From assembly GCF_036321535.1 (NCBI RefSeq), contig NC_087439.1, positions 13,888,001-13,952,000 of the forward strand: a stretch of 64,000 bases of DNA, in the 5' to 3' direction. Below are positions 9,540-23,456 of the stretch, piece by piece. Position 1 is the stretch's first letter, and the number at the start of each line of letters is the position of its first letter. Source of the DNA: Camelus dromedarius. Its lineage: Eukaryota. The position numbers and the translations under genes are program-made. The notes beneath the pieces are model-generated. The model ran no database searches. It saw only the letters and a program-made list of their open reading frames with translations, and was not told the DNA's origin.

Positions 9540-12480
9540 AGGGGGAACTGGAGTATAGATAATCCCTAGCAAGGAACAGCATCATGAGCAATCAGCTGCC
9601 ACTGGTGATGACACAGAACGGGATGCATCTAGAGAGGAAAAGCTTTGGGAGGACAAGCCACTGTGACAGTTGCTACAACCATGGCAACTGTAAAGACTGT
9701 TAAGTGATGTTCACGTGGTTCTTACGACATTTCAGAGAGGTTACATAGGAATAAACAGAAGTTGAAACCATGACTATTCCATTAGGAATATACAAAAGGG
9801 CACCATGAGAACTTTGAAGGAGTCCCTTTCTTCTGTAGTTGAAGGGTTGGTAAGGCTGAGGACCAAGAGAACACAGTAAGTGTTGCAGAGCTGCCACACA
9901 ATTTAGGGGTTCAACTCCACCTTATTTTTAAAGTTGAGAGAGTGGTGGAGAAGTACTGGGACCCTGACACACAGGATAAGGATGCTCAGGGTAGACGTGT
10001 GCCATACACTTACGCTTTCTGGACCAGTCTCATAAATAACACATTTTATAGTGAAAAGTTGGCTTAAGATTTTGAACCTCAAAATTTCCACACATCTTCT
10101 TGCTGACAGAGGCAACCTGTATCCAAGGGAGCTAGACCTCCTCTTCATAAAGGCAGAATGGAAGATTAATTCCTGTGAAGTTTAAGTGTCTGCATCCCTC
10201 GGGAAGAGTTTAGAGAGCTAGTAGTCTGAGATACACCAGGCTGTCTCTAATAAAGAGAGAATCTGTTGGGACTGTATTTATTCAAAAGTAAAGAGGGACT
10301 GGACTCTGGAGTTTGAAAAACACCGTAAACCACATTCACATCTGCTACCCGGTTTTGTTCACTGGTAATCTGTAGAGGTGCCCTTTCTGAGCAGAACCTG
10401 AGAAGGAGACAGCTGTGCAGCAGATCAAGGTCACGGTACAAGGTCTTGACCCTGTGACCCAGCAGATACAATGGTAATACAAGCGTCCGTGGCAAACAGA
10501 GATGATGGGTGCAGCTTCTGACAATCACCATATGACAATCAAAACACAGTCATGACAGGCTTTGGAGAAAGGCCGTTTTCTTCTGCGCTGATAAATATTT
10601 CCCAATTCAAAGGCAGCTTTCTGCTGAGCTCTGGCAGAAATAATTAGCCTGACCATGGGATACCAAGTGATTCCACAACCGAAACTGCCCATTGTGAACT
10701 GACTGTTATCTGATTCACTGACCATAAAGCGAAATATATACAGCTCCGTTCCGCTGTAAGACAGAAGTGGCATATATCGAACTGGGCCAGAACACGCAAG
10801 TGAACTGCCCACAGTACTGCATCCTCTGCTGTAACCTCGTTCCTTCATTTCACATCATCGATGCCTCAGGATGTATTTTCTAACATAAGTTGGCAGAGGA
10901 GGAATAAATGTACACCCGTTTTATGGTGAGGTTTGCATGATGTACTTGAACAAGCTGGAACTGGACAGACTCTGTACTATAATCTGACCCAGGAGTGGCA
11001 TTAAAAGACTGTAGTAAACACATATTGGAAGACTTCTGAACAAGATATTTAGTTCTCCACTTCATGTGGAAGGAGACTTGGCCTGAAGCATGGATCCATG
11101 CAGACCCATGCACAGGAGCTAATAAATGGCCACCTGATCAGGGAGATAGAAAGAGTAAAATCACAGAAGTTTAGGAAGTTTAGGGAAAGGTAAATGAATA
11201 GACTTTTCAGAAGGGGTAAAAATTTAAAACCTTGAAGATACTAGTGTCCTGCTTAATGCCGTCCAGAGAACAGCCATAGCAGAGGAGGTTCTGAATAATC
11301 AGATGGACAATATGACCACGGACTGCATGTCAGTTTGCCTCTGGGTGTCACCGTGACCTACCAATAATTGTGGTCACTACCAAACTCTTGATCTGGCGTT
11401 ATTTCCCAGCAGGACCATGACTGCCTGGTGACAGGTGGATTGCATGGAAACTCTTCCATCAAGAAGGGGCAGCATTTTGCCATTACACAGGTAGACACAC
11501 ATTCTAGATACGGCAATGCCTTTGCTTCCTGTAGTCCTATCAGTACTGCTGTTCACGCACTTAGAGAATAACTTATCCATTACTGCAATACCCAAGCTAT
11601 GTCACCTCCATGCAGCAGATACTTTATAGCAAAAAGAAAGATAATAGGCTCAGAATGGCATCCACTGGTATCACCATGTTCCCCAGTAGCTGTATGTCCC
11701 TGGCTTGACAGAACAGTCAAATAACCTCCTCTACCTTGATTCTGGCACTATTATTTTGACAACGTCCTTGAAATTGGGATGTTATCCTATAGACATTAAT
11801 GTCCTACTTAATGTCCACCAGAGTACATCCATGGCAGAGGGGGCTCTGTGTCCCTCCTGCAGAGCCGGGAAGCACAGATCTGAGGGGTGAGGGGTGGAGG
11901 TGTAGAGCTCTCCTTCACCGTCACACCAATAATCCACTGGATACATTTTGCTTCTTGTCTTTATAATAACTGTGGGTTTAGAAGTCCTAATGCCTAAGGG
12001 AGGAGGATTGCCTCCAACAAGGAATACAGTCATAATTCTGTTCCTCTGAATTGCAAGCTGAAATTGCTCCCTGACCATTTTGGGCTCAGTATGACTGGAA
12101 AAAAGAAACCTGACTGAAAACGTGGTCACTGTGCTAGCTCCGATCATTAATCTCATCTGCCAGCAAGAAAGTGTGTCTTTACTACAGAAAGGAAGACAAG
12201 GAAAACTATATTTGGAACTTAGCAGATTCACGAATACTCTTTTGTCTAACTCCATCTCATTCTCCAGTTCCGCATTCCTACATTCCAATTTCCATTTCAA
12301 CGGAAAAATGAAATGGTCGCAACCTAATCAAGAAGAGGAAGCAAAGGAAAAAGACTTGGCAGGAATAAAGTTTGTTTTGATGCACCAGGTAAATAACCTG
12401 TCCACTCAAAACGCTGGCAGAAAGTAAAGGGAAAAAGGGACCAACAGTTGAGGGAAAGGAACTATGATTCCCAATTAAGG
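9540..12480 (+). pseudogene. ERVL internal region: gag remnant, partial RT, RNase H, integrase and dUTPase relics (stops/frameshifts)
   Basis: Manual translations: DPADTMVIQASVANRD, LTMGYQVIPQPKLPIVN*, HFMWKETWPEAWIHAD, AEEVLNNQMDNMT, W*QVDCMETLPS, GIHWYHHVP, VTVLAPIINLICQQE; these match in order recalled ERVL Pol segments DPADPMVLEVSVADRD, LTMGHQVTMRPELPIMNW, HFAWKEKWPDVRLYTD, AEEDFNNQVDRMT, WWQVDYIGPLPS, GIHWSYHVP, VTVLAGVIDPDYQGE. Confidence 0.88.
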
Positions 12481-12639
12481 TCATATGATAAATTATTTCT
12501 TTTCTTAATGGGGGAAATCTCTGAAACCCTTTATGAAAGACACAAGTATTGGCTGTAGTTATAACTTTCAGACAGGTGTATAACTGGACAAGACCACTCT
12601 GCAATGAAACAGTAGCAGATGGGACTCTGCATGCTCCTC

Positions 12640-12930
12640 TTTTGGGGTCACACATGTTTCACTTGGATAATAAGAGTGTTCCCATGGTTTCTGAGGTTAC
12701 ATTAGGTATGGCCAATTTGAAACCAGGCAAAAATCAAATGAAGGAAAAGAAGTTAGTGCATGGTATTTTGTGGGTCTGGCGTTGTTCCTCCACCAAAACT
12801 CACTGCTTCTATTACTGTGGAAATGACAGGATTCTCACCTTCTGGGCCCGAGTAACAGCGGCCTCTCCTTCCCTCTTCAGGTGTTAATGGCTGAATCATT
12901 ACTAGCCCCTGATGGCCGTATATTTCTTGT
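12640..12930 (+). mobile_element. Partial 3' LTR of the ERVL provirus
   Basis: ttctgggcccgagtaacagcggcctctccttccctcttcagg...ttactagcccc resembles LTR33 mid-region; boundaries uncertain. Confidence 0.45.
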
Positions 12931-13899
12931 CTTGTATAAGTGGCCGCTTCATAGATAAAGCTGAATACTATTTTGAATGTGCCATTTTTTTTTTCAGTAG
13001 TGATCCTCATCCTGATTTGTCCAAGTAACTTAAAATTCAGTTGAGGAGACATGAGTCATCTATACAACACACTGAAGGAAAACATGCTAAGTGACAACTG
13101 AATGTAAACTCTTCAGACTTATGAGACTTGATGGTGTCACAGAGATCAGACTGTGTTCTCCAAAATCAACTCTCAGGGTTTCTAAGAAGCAGGCTCTACC
13201 CTGGTGCTGAAGTATGTGTACACAAGTACATCCCAAGAATAGGAATGGCACCAATCTGAAGGCATCATTCAGTGGAAACTACTCATCATCTACTCTTCTT
13301 TATTTTAAAGTAATTTATGCCTAAAGTTGTTCTTCACAAAAAAACAGTACATACAAAGAGTTATGTGACTTCCAGGTACAAAAGTAAAGCTACCTGAATA
13401 GAAAGAAGATAAATACAAGAATCTTTAATATGCATTTCCTTAGAAGTCTACTTGGACAAGGCACACATTCTTTAATTGTCAACTAATAAGGACTTTTACT
13501 ACAGATTGAAATTTCCCGTGTTAGTTACATCATATTATTTACAAACAGTTTATTTTTACAAGTTGCGTTCCATTCCATTTCAATGGAGGTTTGGCTCTTC
13601 ATTGTCTTTATTACACTGATGTAGAAAACCTCACTGCAGAGCAGATGGAGTTTTCAACATACGTTGTTTTATATCACAGGCACTTAAAAATATAGCTTTA
13701 ACACAAAGCACTTAGAAAAAACTAACTCATATACAAGCAGTGTGTTCAGGTTAACATGTGATTCTGAAAAGTAAGCTGATTTCATCCTTTGTAGTTTATT
13801 GACTTGGATGGGGTTTCCTGAGGATGCTGCTGTCAGCCCCTTGGGTCTGTAATTGATGTTTTCCTCCTGACTTTCCATATCTCACTGTCAACTTTTCTT

Positions 13900-14630
13900 A
13901 AAGAATTGTCTCTATTCATAACCCCCTCACTTCCCATTTACACCTCCATCCACTGCAGTCTTGCTTCTGGCACGCCTGACTAACCGATTTCGCTCTTGCC
14001 AAGTTCTGGTAGCAAATCCAACAGTAACTCTGGAATCCTTAGCTTGTCTGACCTCCTGAGACTCAGCATTGATTATCCTACCCTCCTCTGGCTTCCATAG
14101 CTGTATCTCTAATTTTTTTTTTTTTAATTTTATCTGTCACAGTCCAGGTTTACTGGGATTTAGTAAGTACTCAATAAATATTTGTTGAATCAATGAATGT
14201 GACTTCCTGTGTCTATGAGAAGACACAAAATGAAATAAATACAGACATTTCCCACTGTTCTCACTAAATAACAAAAAAATAACAATTCCAATTTGTTGAT
14301 AAGGTTATTGTTTATCCTGTAAATCTTTTTTCTCTCACTTTATTCTTGTTATTCTTAAAGCTCAATGCAAAACCATTTCTCCTATGAAACCACCCTATAT
14401 TCTTCCAACCATCAGAATTAATTCTATTTCTGTGTATATTTACTTTGCTGACATGTAGTTCTATTTATATTTCTATATACCATACTGCAAATGGTTCCCT
14501 ATATAACAGTTTTTTTCCAGTTTTTCACTCCTGGAGGTTGGAAATGCCCAGAACATAGAAAACCATATTTCTCGCTGTATTGCTCTCAGATAATGCCTGA
14601 CAGAGGGATGTGCTCAATAGCTGTTGGACT
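13900..14630 (+). mobile_element. L2 fragments (ORF2 piece and 3' ends)
   Basis: ccactgcagtcttgcttctggc...ctcttgccaag...caaatccaac (L2 RT region); ctcaataaatatttgttgaatcaatgaatg tail. Confidence 0.7.
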
Positions 14631-16329
14631 GAATTTCAAAGAATTCTTTACAAATCTGAGTTTCTAAGTATATTTATAAATCATTTAGGCATATTAGTTC
14701 CATTATTTTTTTATGTTCAAATAATTAAAAGTGACAGTCATTTTTGTTTTGTTTCTATTTGATAGATTAACTATTTCACGGAAATTTTCAAAGTTGTAAA
14801 CTTTGCAACTGTGAACTTTATTTTTTGTAAACAAAACATTGATCTAATGTTTTGTTTAGTTAAGCTACAGTGTTAAATATACCAGTTTATATGAATAAGA
14901 TGAGTATTTTGTGTAAATTATATTTAAAATATTTCATTTTGAGCATGATGTTATTACTTTCCTTCTGAACTTCACTAACTCTTTGAAACACAATATATTT
15001 TATTTTCTTTTGCTTTCTTTAAAAATTTAATAGTATTAGACATAGAAATAAAGAGGCTTTACAATATACTTTTAAAAGACTTTTAAAGACTCCACATTAG
15101 TGACTGAGTTTGGGTGCAACAGCAAAATCACAGATTGGCTTGGCCCCATAAAGATTAAGCCATGCACTTAAAATTTTGCTACAAAAACATTTTATTATCT
15201 TTTATGTGACTCCTCTAATCTCTTTTTCCCTATGACAATTATAGAAGGTAAATTTTATTTTAAAAAAGTAAGTGGAAATGTTACGTTACTTCTTGAATCT
15301 CCCACACGTACTATTTCAGACTGTAATTGATTTCTGTTAAGTATTAAAAAGGAAATCTCCACACTAGGGCATCACACACATACTGTTGAAGATCTTACGC
15401 ATTCCTAACAGATACCACTGCATTTTCATGAGTATATTGAAGGGAAAAGAGAAGGTCTGGATTCTGGGAGCTATTGGCACATTGGACAAGCAAAGTGATT
15501 CCTTAAGGTCCACATGGGACTCTTGAAGCCTAGCTTGGGTGTGGCAGGAAAAATGTAGAGGGAAAATCAGTGACATCTGAACTGCCTAAATCCTTCTGCC
15601 AAACCTTGACATTGGTTACATTAGTAGGGCCCCTTCTCTTGGAAAGGAAGCAAGAATTGAGGTAAGTCCATGGACAGCAGGGTTCAGAGTCTGTGGCTGA
15701 TGAAACGGTCCTGGGAAGTCTAACACCTTAGGTCCATAATGCATGTCATCCATTAGGGAATAATGAAAGACACTGCACTGTAACAAGCAGAATAGCCCAG
15801 GACTAAGACTGGCTTTGAAGACATCCTCTCTGAGTCTTGGTTTCTTCAGTAAGTGTTAGATATGCTAGTGTTGTAAGGATTAACTCACATAGCATATCTG
15901 GAATTTCCTAGTATATGTAGGACATATGAGTCCAAAGGATTGAGTTTAAATTGAATGGCAAAAACCATAATTTTTCCATTTCCTCCTTTTGGCAAGTGTC
16001 AGACCTACTTTGTCATCACAAAATTTTTGTTACCAGTTGATCCTGCCTGTCTTCCAACACACTGTTCACTTTCAAGCCCAAATATATGTTTTTATTCTCT
16101 AATTAAGAAGATAACCTTATTTCCCAGATAATGGTCTTTAATTTCCCTCTTTACAATTTCCTTAAAAATGTAATTCCATAAACTGTATGAAGCCTTCCAC
16201 AAAGGACAGTGGCCCAAATCATCTTGATCAGTAGTCAAGTCAGTACATTCTACATTGAGTTGACTCAAAATTTCTACAAGGGTAAGGATCAGTTTGTCAC
16301 CCAATACCAGCACACTGTGAAGCACCAAT

Positions 16330-17690
16330 GTTTCCACTAAATTATTCTTCTCCTCCCTTAATCCTACTGTTCCTTATGAATGCCTGCTCACTGTGTCTGC
16401 CACCACTATTTACTAGTGATCCAAACCAGAAGCCAAAGAATCGTTCTTGACTGCTTCTATCCATCTTACCCATTTAACCATTAAGATCTACCTATATTAC
16501 TACCTCATCAATTTTAGAATCTTTCCTCTTTCTCACTGCTTTAATCCTAGTCCTGTTGTTCATTATCTCTTGAAAGAACATGGAAAAAGCCTTATAGGTG
16601 CTATAGCTCTTTTTGCTATTCGATTCCAAATTTGCATTGTAGCCAAAATGATCTACTTATGTGGAAGATCTAATCTTGACACTTCTTGAAAGGCTGTATA
16701 AGTTTTCCAATTTAACAGCGGAAAATTATTGAATCTCCAGATTATTTGGGGGTTACTACCTCTTGGTTCTTGCTATCTTGTTTTCCTCAAATTTTACGCC
16801 TTTATAGTACCAAGCAGATTTTAGTTCCCTAGGCACCCACTCTAATATTTAACCCTTCTATGCTTTTGCAAGCTTTTACCTCTTGCTTGGACTGGTTTCT
16901 TCTTATGTGTTACACTTCTTAATCTTTGAGGCTGAGCTCAGAAGTTTTCTCCTTTAGGAAAATGTTTGAAAATCCCTAAAATGGGCTATGTCTCACTCCT
17001 TTATTTTTTTAATAGAATCCTATATTTACTGTGATTTAATTACTTACCACACTACATTGACATACATTGTTTCTTCTTCTATCAGGGTCTCACACAATAG
17101 CAAAGAATATTTAGAAAATAAACAGTATATGTTTCTTAGCTTCTCTAGGTAAGTGGTGATTAGTTACTACTACCTGAATTCTCAGAAGTACCCAGATTTC
17201 AAATCTGTTCCTTACCTGTTTCTTCAACTCATTGGGCCATCTCAGGCCCCTTCAATACTTTGTCTTTTTGAAATAAGAAAGCCAGAGTCAGCTTTTGACA
17301 CTCTCAAACAAAACCCTACTTATATATTTGTGTATTTCATTTTTTAAAACTTCATAGCATAATTATTGCTGATATTTCCATAATATATTCTCCTACTCTT
17401 CAGAATAAACTGTGGCTTCTAAAATCTTTCATTATTTGATGCTAGCATATACACAAAATGTATTATAGGTATAAATATACAAGTACACATATACATGTAA
17501 GTCTTGAGGGCTACAGTGTCTCAATAAAATAGCTCTACACAGCAACATTTTTCTTTAATGTAAAGTCCTGAGAGCTAAACTTTGTTTTGTTTCCTTATTT
17601 ATCTCAGCACTTAGACAAGTACTTGGAACACAGCAGGTCTTCAATAATACCCGTTTAATTAGGGCGTGAATGAATGAATAAACTATGTGA
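16330..17690 (+). mobile_element. Fragmented L2 3' region
   Basis: ccaaaccagaagcc...ttcttgac...ctcagcacttagacaagtacttggaacacagcagg...gaatgaatgaataa; interspersed with non-L2 DNA. Confidence 0.55.
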
Positions 17691-18510
17691 CTTACTTTTC
17701 TTACATAATTAAAAATTGCAGCTCTGAGGTAGAAGGATTGTATTTGCCAGTGGCACTCAAGAATAAAGTTTATTTTCAGGAAGATCCTTAGCTTTTAATT
17801 TTTAATCAAATAGCCTAATTTAGTTTAAATTTTGACATATTTTGCCAGGATCAGTTCTGGCCTGAAACCTAGGTATTAAACTCACACTCTGAGTCCTCCC
17901 CAGGAAATGTGTACCTATAACTAGCTGATAACTGGCACATGATAAAACCAGATAGAGGTTTTCATCACCTGATTCCTTCTTATATTCTCAGCTATTATGA
18001 AATTTTGATTCAATAGTTACTGAAAATAACTCTTTTTAGGTAGGTTTGATTTTGCTACTGATGCAATGGCTTTTAAAATGGGACAGAATGTTCTTAATGG
18101 GAATGACTAAAATCAAGTGGCTTTCATGTACCTTTTGAGCAGTTAAGGTTTTTGTTTCTTCTTTTCCTGAGAGTCAGAAAAATTCAGCATTAAATTCCAG
18201 AGTGATGTAAGGTAATTATTCACTTTCATTAGTTAAGCATCACCAAAAATAAAATCCATTTAGCCTGAATAAAATGTGTGTGTGTGTGTGTAAGAGAGAG
18301 AAACTTGGAATCATATAAGAAGATGTAAATCACAACCAGTCAAAATCTGAGCAGATGCAAAGATATGAAAGCATGAAAGCAATTTTGAGAGGAAATGAGG
18401 AGAAGAAATAGTGCTATAAGTATTGTTCCAGAATGAACAGATTTTTCTTACAGAATTTGTATAAAAATATGCCATTTATATTCTTTCGAAACTAAATCTA
18501 TTCAACTCAC

Positions 18511-18631
18511 CTTCATATAACCAGTCAGCAATTCCATTAAAAATAATTCCTTCTTTTCCAGAAGATGTCAGTCGCAATGAACTGCTCTTTATATCAGGCT
18601 GGTAGTAGATGTTATTTTCAAAGATATAAAT
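18511..18631 (-). CDS. DPP10: DPP10 coding exon (~exon 8), 121 nt, IYIFENNIYYQPDIKSSSLRLTSSGKEGIIFNGIADWLYE
   Basis: Embedded in ORF 18476..18673; T-rich acceptor ...gtttcctggtccag|ATT, donor GAAG|gtgagt; 40 codons +1 nt joins AG of next exon to give WLYEEELL. Confidence 0.98.
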
Positions 18632-19934
18632 CTGGACCAGGAAACATGTAAAAGAAACAAACCAAAAAACCAAAAATATTAGGGAGTCTTTTTTTAAACT
18701 TTCATATTACAGAATAATAGCTAAAGAGCTAAGTGTTTTATTATTTGCCTGCTTTCAATTTGCTTTTATTTTGTGCAATGTTTATATTGCTTTCAGTTAT
18801 TAGTGGTTGTTTCTTTCTCTGTCATACCAATATCAAGTTATCATTTAGAAATTACATGTACTCAGTATTGATGCTTTTAAATCCATATTTTCAACAGCAA
18901 TGTTTCATCTACTTAATCATCTTTTTCTCATACTGTAAAATTGGCTTGGGTTTGAGATAACATTTTGCAGACGTAAGAGACTGACAACTGGACCAGATGC
19001 CATTTTAGCAACAGCAAACTGCTTCAATTTGGGGTCCTTACTGTTATAAAAAATGCATTTGATGCTCAATGAATAAACCTTTAGAAAATATCTCTGATTC
19101 TATTCAGTTCAACTCACAGATCCGCTGATGAAAGGCAAGGATGACAAAATTCCTTCAAATTGGTAAGTGGAACACACCTCCCTATGCTGCTATCTTCCCT
19201 GGTAATTCTTTCCTAAATAACATAGCAGTAATAATAACTGTGTGCCTGAGGATTCAAGAAAGAGTTTTAACTTGAACACACTACAAAGTCTTCCAAAATA
19301 ATATGAACACCATCAGCAATGACAATAACAACCACCACCCCAACACAGTAACATCACCAGAAACTAAACAGTGCCGTCCACACAAACGGCTTTGCTTTAA
19401 CAGAGATAACTCAGGACAAAGTTATTTATAATCCACTTTAAAATATTTTTAATGCCAAGCATTTCAAACTGCTGGTCTGTGTGATAATATAACTGACTCG
19501 GAACCATGTTTCATCCACGAGTTGAGGGCAGTAGAATATAGTTTAGTGAAAGCCAAATTGCTACTTAGATAGAACATTCTACCAAGAAGGAGAGAGACAG
19601 CCTAGTGTCCGTGTGTCCCGGCATCCCGTAGGATCATGACACAACAGCTAATAGAGCGAACACAAGAACTTCTGAAATGACTGATTAATTATGAGGTTCT
19701 GGATTTTAAGTCTTGGTGTGTACAGTGATGAAAGCAATCCTAAAATCCAGAAGATTACATTGACACTCTGTTTGGATTCTGGTGATCTGGCAAGCATTTA
19801 ACAGTGAGCATATCTAGTTAATCATTCCACCACTACCTGCTGTTTATATCACAGGTGAGATGCCAATGTAAGAATAAGGATTGTTGGGGGGAGGTGGGCA
19901 GGGAGAAAGAAAGATACAACTGATGCTTAAAACA

Positions 19935-20115
19935 TGGGTTTTATAATCAGGCAGCCGAAATTTAAAATTCAAATGATTTTGATACTTTGCTTAACCTTTT
20001 TAAATCTCAGTTCTCTCTTTTATAAAATGTGGGTAAGTCTCACACCTACTTCAGAGATCTGATATGAAGAATAAACTAAGATGATGAATGTAGAACATAT
20101 GACACATGTGGCTAT
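19935..20115 (+). mobile_element. MIR SINE
   Basis: ttaacctttttaaatctcagttctctcttttataaaatg...cacctacttcagaga MIR core. Confidence 0.6.
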
Positions 20116-21699
20116 TACTAGGAGCAGGACTGACTTCACACAAGACAATTTGGTTTAAAATCTTACACCTTTTGGAGGTGCTACAGATTCTAAATCAAAA
20201 TAAAACCTCTGTGGCTTCAGCCGATGCATAAATTATCCAAACTATTGACTATTAAGTTGGCTAGATTATGGTGACTAAACATGCATCAAAAGTAGCAGTA
20301 AGATAGTGGCAGCAATGGTGGCATTATCATCATTATTAGGAGGAGAGGTAATTAACAAATGATATTTACTGCTTTCACTTTATTTAGAAAGTTTTCAAGT
20401 GATAAGGATACACGAAATAAGCTTATAATTGAAAGTATGTGGGTCACACTTAGGCAAAAGTTTGAGAACTGTATCTCAGGTACCTTAAAACTAGATGGAA
20501 GTTGGTTTTTTAATGACTTTCACAATCCCTTATAACTGAGAAATAATATTAACTTTATTCTAGCTATCTAAAGCTTAAGCGTTACATGTTTTATATGCTG
20601 CCTCCTTTTGCCCCTCATGAACAGTACATGAAATAGGCACACAGAATCATCTTTACTTGGAGGGAATCCTCTTCTTGTACAAGAATCTTCTATTAGGATT
20701 TGTAAGTAAATAGAAATTCAGATCATCCACACCCAGGCTACTTAAGCACATGTGACTATTACTAAAAGTAGGGGTGACTTAACCCAATGGAATATTGTTC
20801 CAGATCCTCAGCTTTTGAAGGGACAACTTCTAAGTTGAGACAATTAATAAAACCTCCACGATTTCAGCAGATGTATAAATTATCCAAAACCATTGACCAG
20901 TAATTACATTTATATTTGAAGAACAGATTGGATGATTTTCAAAATCCATATGAAACTGACATCTGCTTCAATGTAAAAGAACAAGCAATATGGAATCAGA
21001 ATTTTAATGCCAGTTGCTGAAAGCTGCAATACCAGGGAATGGCCACAAGATCTTTTTTCTGTGGATAAAAAATAGTGGCTGCATTTATGAAAAATGTACA
21101 TTTATAATCTTCTAAACCCTATTAAATGACCAAATTTCTTACTTGAATTATACTAGTTTCAAATAACAATCACATACTCTCACCACTGCCTTAGCAATAT
21201 AGGAGCTGCAAATGTTCCCGGGGACTAGCTGGGCACACTGATTAAATCAACAGGATCCAAATGACTATCGTCAAGGGCTGCAGCTAGAGGTAAATCACAT
21301 TGAAAATATGACAAACACTAAGGCCATTTATCCTAATGTCACTGATTAAACTGTCATAATATTTGATGCCATCAATCAATTCCTTCAATGAGCTACCTAA
21401 ACAGTATAATAAATAGAAATGGATAGCTATATGACCATTTAATTTTTCAATTAATAGAGCAAGCCAACTACCCAGTTTTTCAAAATCAATGGTCTTAATA
21501 CACTTACTAAATAATTCAAAACTGGTAAAGTCACCACAAACAGAACAGAAAGACAGTTGAAATACTATGTGTTGAATCATGACAAATTGAGAAATACATA
21601 ATGAATAGCCCATGAAATTATTCTAATCCAAGCGTTATTGATGTTACTCATTACCAAGTGATCAAATACAATACGTGTCATCACTGGGCAGGAGTCTTT

Positions 21700-21942
21700 A
21701 CAGCCAATTCTCAATTTTCTGCCATCTCTTCCCACTGCCACAACCACCGGTAAAGTTTCAGATGACAGGTGCCCCAGCAGCCTGGGCCGCTGAGTGAAGA
21801 GGCATGGAGCAAACTCCTTACCCACCCAGAGCCAGTTTGTGATGGACATATGGCAAGACGTGAACATTTGATGTTAAAAGTCATTAAGATTTGGGGTTTG
21901 AGAGCAATTGAAATATAAATTAGCCCACTGTGACTGACTGAA
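21700..21942 (+). mobile_element. MaLR solo LTR 3' part (MLT1J/K-like)
   Basis: cagcctgggccgctgagtgaagaggcatggagca...gatggacatatggca...aagtcattaagatttgggg...tgactgactg. Confidence 0.65.
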
Positions 21943-22789
21943 CCAGAGACAATGCCTAATACAAACTTTTAAGAGCGGACTCTTACAAACTTTTAACCAG
22001 TTTAATGGAAGAAGAACATCAGAATAAAGCAGGAATATTATTGAATGTTAGAGCTACTTTAGCTGAAATGTTACTGCAAAGCTATTCCACCTTCACTGAT
22101 TTGAGTGATTTTGTTTTGATAATTTTAAATTAGAAAACTGTGAAGCATTCAAAAATCCCTGTACTCCGTAACGGTGTAAGAGAATCTATAAAGTTACAGC
22201 CAAGTTGGGATAGTATTTGGGTTGCCTTCTACTGTGGCCTGCTTTCTGGAAAAAGTTGGAATTAAACTATCCCAGATAACACATATTACTGGAAGGGATG
22301 TGGTCAAAGAAGTCCCTTTCCTATGTTGACTGTAAAAATATAAAGTGTTATAGGCATACTGAAAAGCAATAAGGTGACTGAAAACAAAACACATTCCATC
22401 TCATCAGCAATTCCAAACTTGGGACCTCATCTTGTAAGAAGAACAAAACAAAACAAAATAAAAAAAAAAACCCATCAATATGTAAAGAATGATGCAGTGA
22501 TACTTATTTCTGCCGCGTGTATGATGGCCAAAAAGAGGAGTCGAAGTGAAAACCCACCAAAGTGAACGCCTGGATGGATTATGATTCACTCACATCATGT
22601 AATAGCACCCAGGCTTCGAGAAATAAATTCGTGCTGCGTGAGTTGACTTGGAGATGTTTCACTGAGATATTGTCAAGCGACAAAAGCACAAAACAAAACA
22701 ATGATTTCAACATGAACCCATTTTTGTGCACCCGACGATGACAATGCTAAAACAAACTTAACGCTAGCAGAAATCTCACCAACAAATGT

Positions 22790-23040
22790 ACATTGGATAT
22801 TGCCTGTTGGGACTCATCCCCACATCTTCCCCTCTGCACTCTTCTATTATTGTGTGTCCTCAGGAACCTGAAATCTATAATTCTAAGATTCCCTTGCCAA
22901 CTAGTTTTCTCAGCTTCTTTGCTAGATGGGTTTTATTTACTTTCTGCAAAAATGAGAGTTAGTTGCTAGTTAGCGATTGGAAGGCATTTGCCTCTGGCAG
23001 TGGCTTTTGCAGGCCAGCTTCAGCAATAGTGACCCAGTGG
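22790..23040 (+). mobile_element. ERVL-class LTR fragment (LTR33/LTR50-like 5' part)
   Basis: ctataattctaagattcccttgccaactag...gattggaaggc resembles the ctacatttcccagactcccttgc motif. Confidence 0.45.
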
Positions 23041-23045
23041 CAGTT

Positions 23046-23048
<3 letters not shown>

Positions 23049-23096
<48 letters not shown>
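23049..23096. repeat. (AC)24 microsatellite
   Basis: Perfect dinucleotide run read directly. Confidence 0.97.
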
Positions 23097-23103
<7 letters not shown>

Positions 23104-23456
23104 TACATTAGGAAATTATAGTAACACGTATGGAAGGACCTATGCTTGTCTTTTAATATGGGTGTACGTTTTAGAAAGTAAATGTACAGTGAGAGAGAAG
23201 AGTGAAAACAGGTAGTTAAACAGAAAACACTGGGAAGATATACTAAAAAGACTTGATCACATTTATGAGTGTATGTAAATTATACAGGCTTGTATATGTC
23301 TGAATTAAGAACCAATATTAATTTCATTGATAATAAAAAAATTATGAGAGTGATGTAGAAGTCAGTCGGCATCAGGGTTACATGAACAGTAGGTGTTTAT
23401 TTATTTATCTTTAAGTTTGAAACCACTCATAATAGATGTGCTTCTTTAGCTTAGAG

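Noticed and set aside
11782-12300. Longest ORF in the track (172 aa, minus strand)
   Set aside because: Antisense to the ERVL integrase-end/dUTPase relic; no recognisable protein features.
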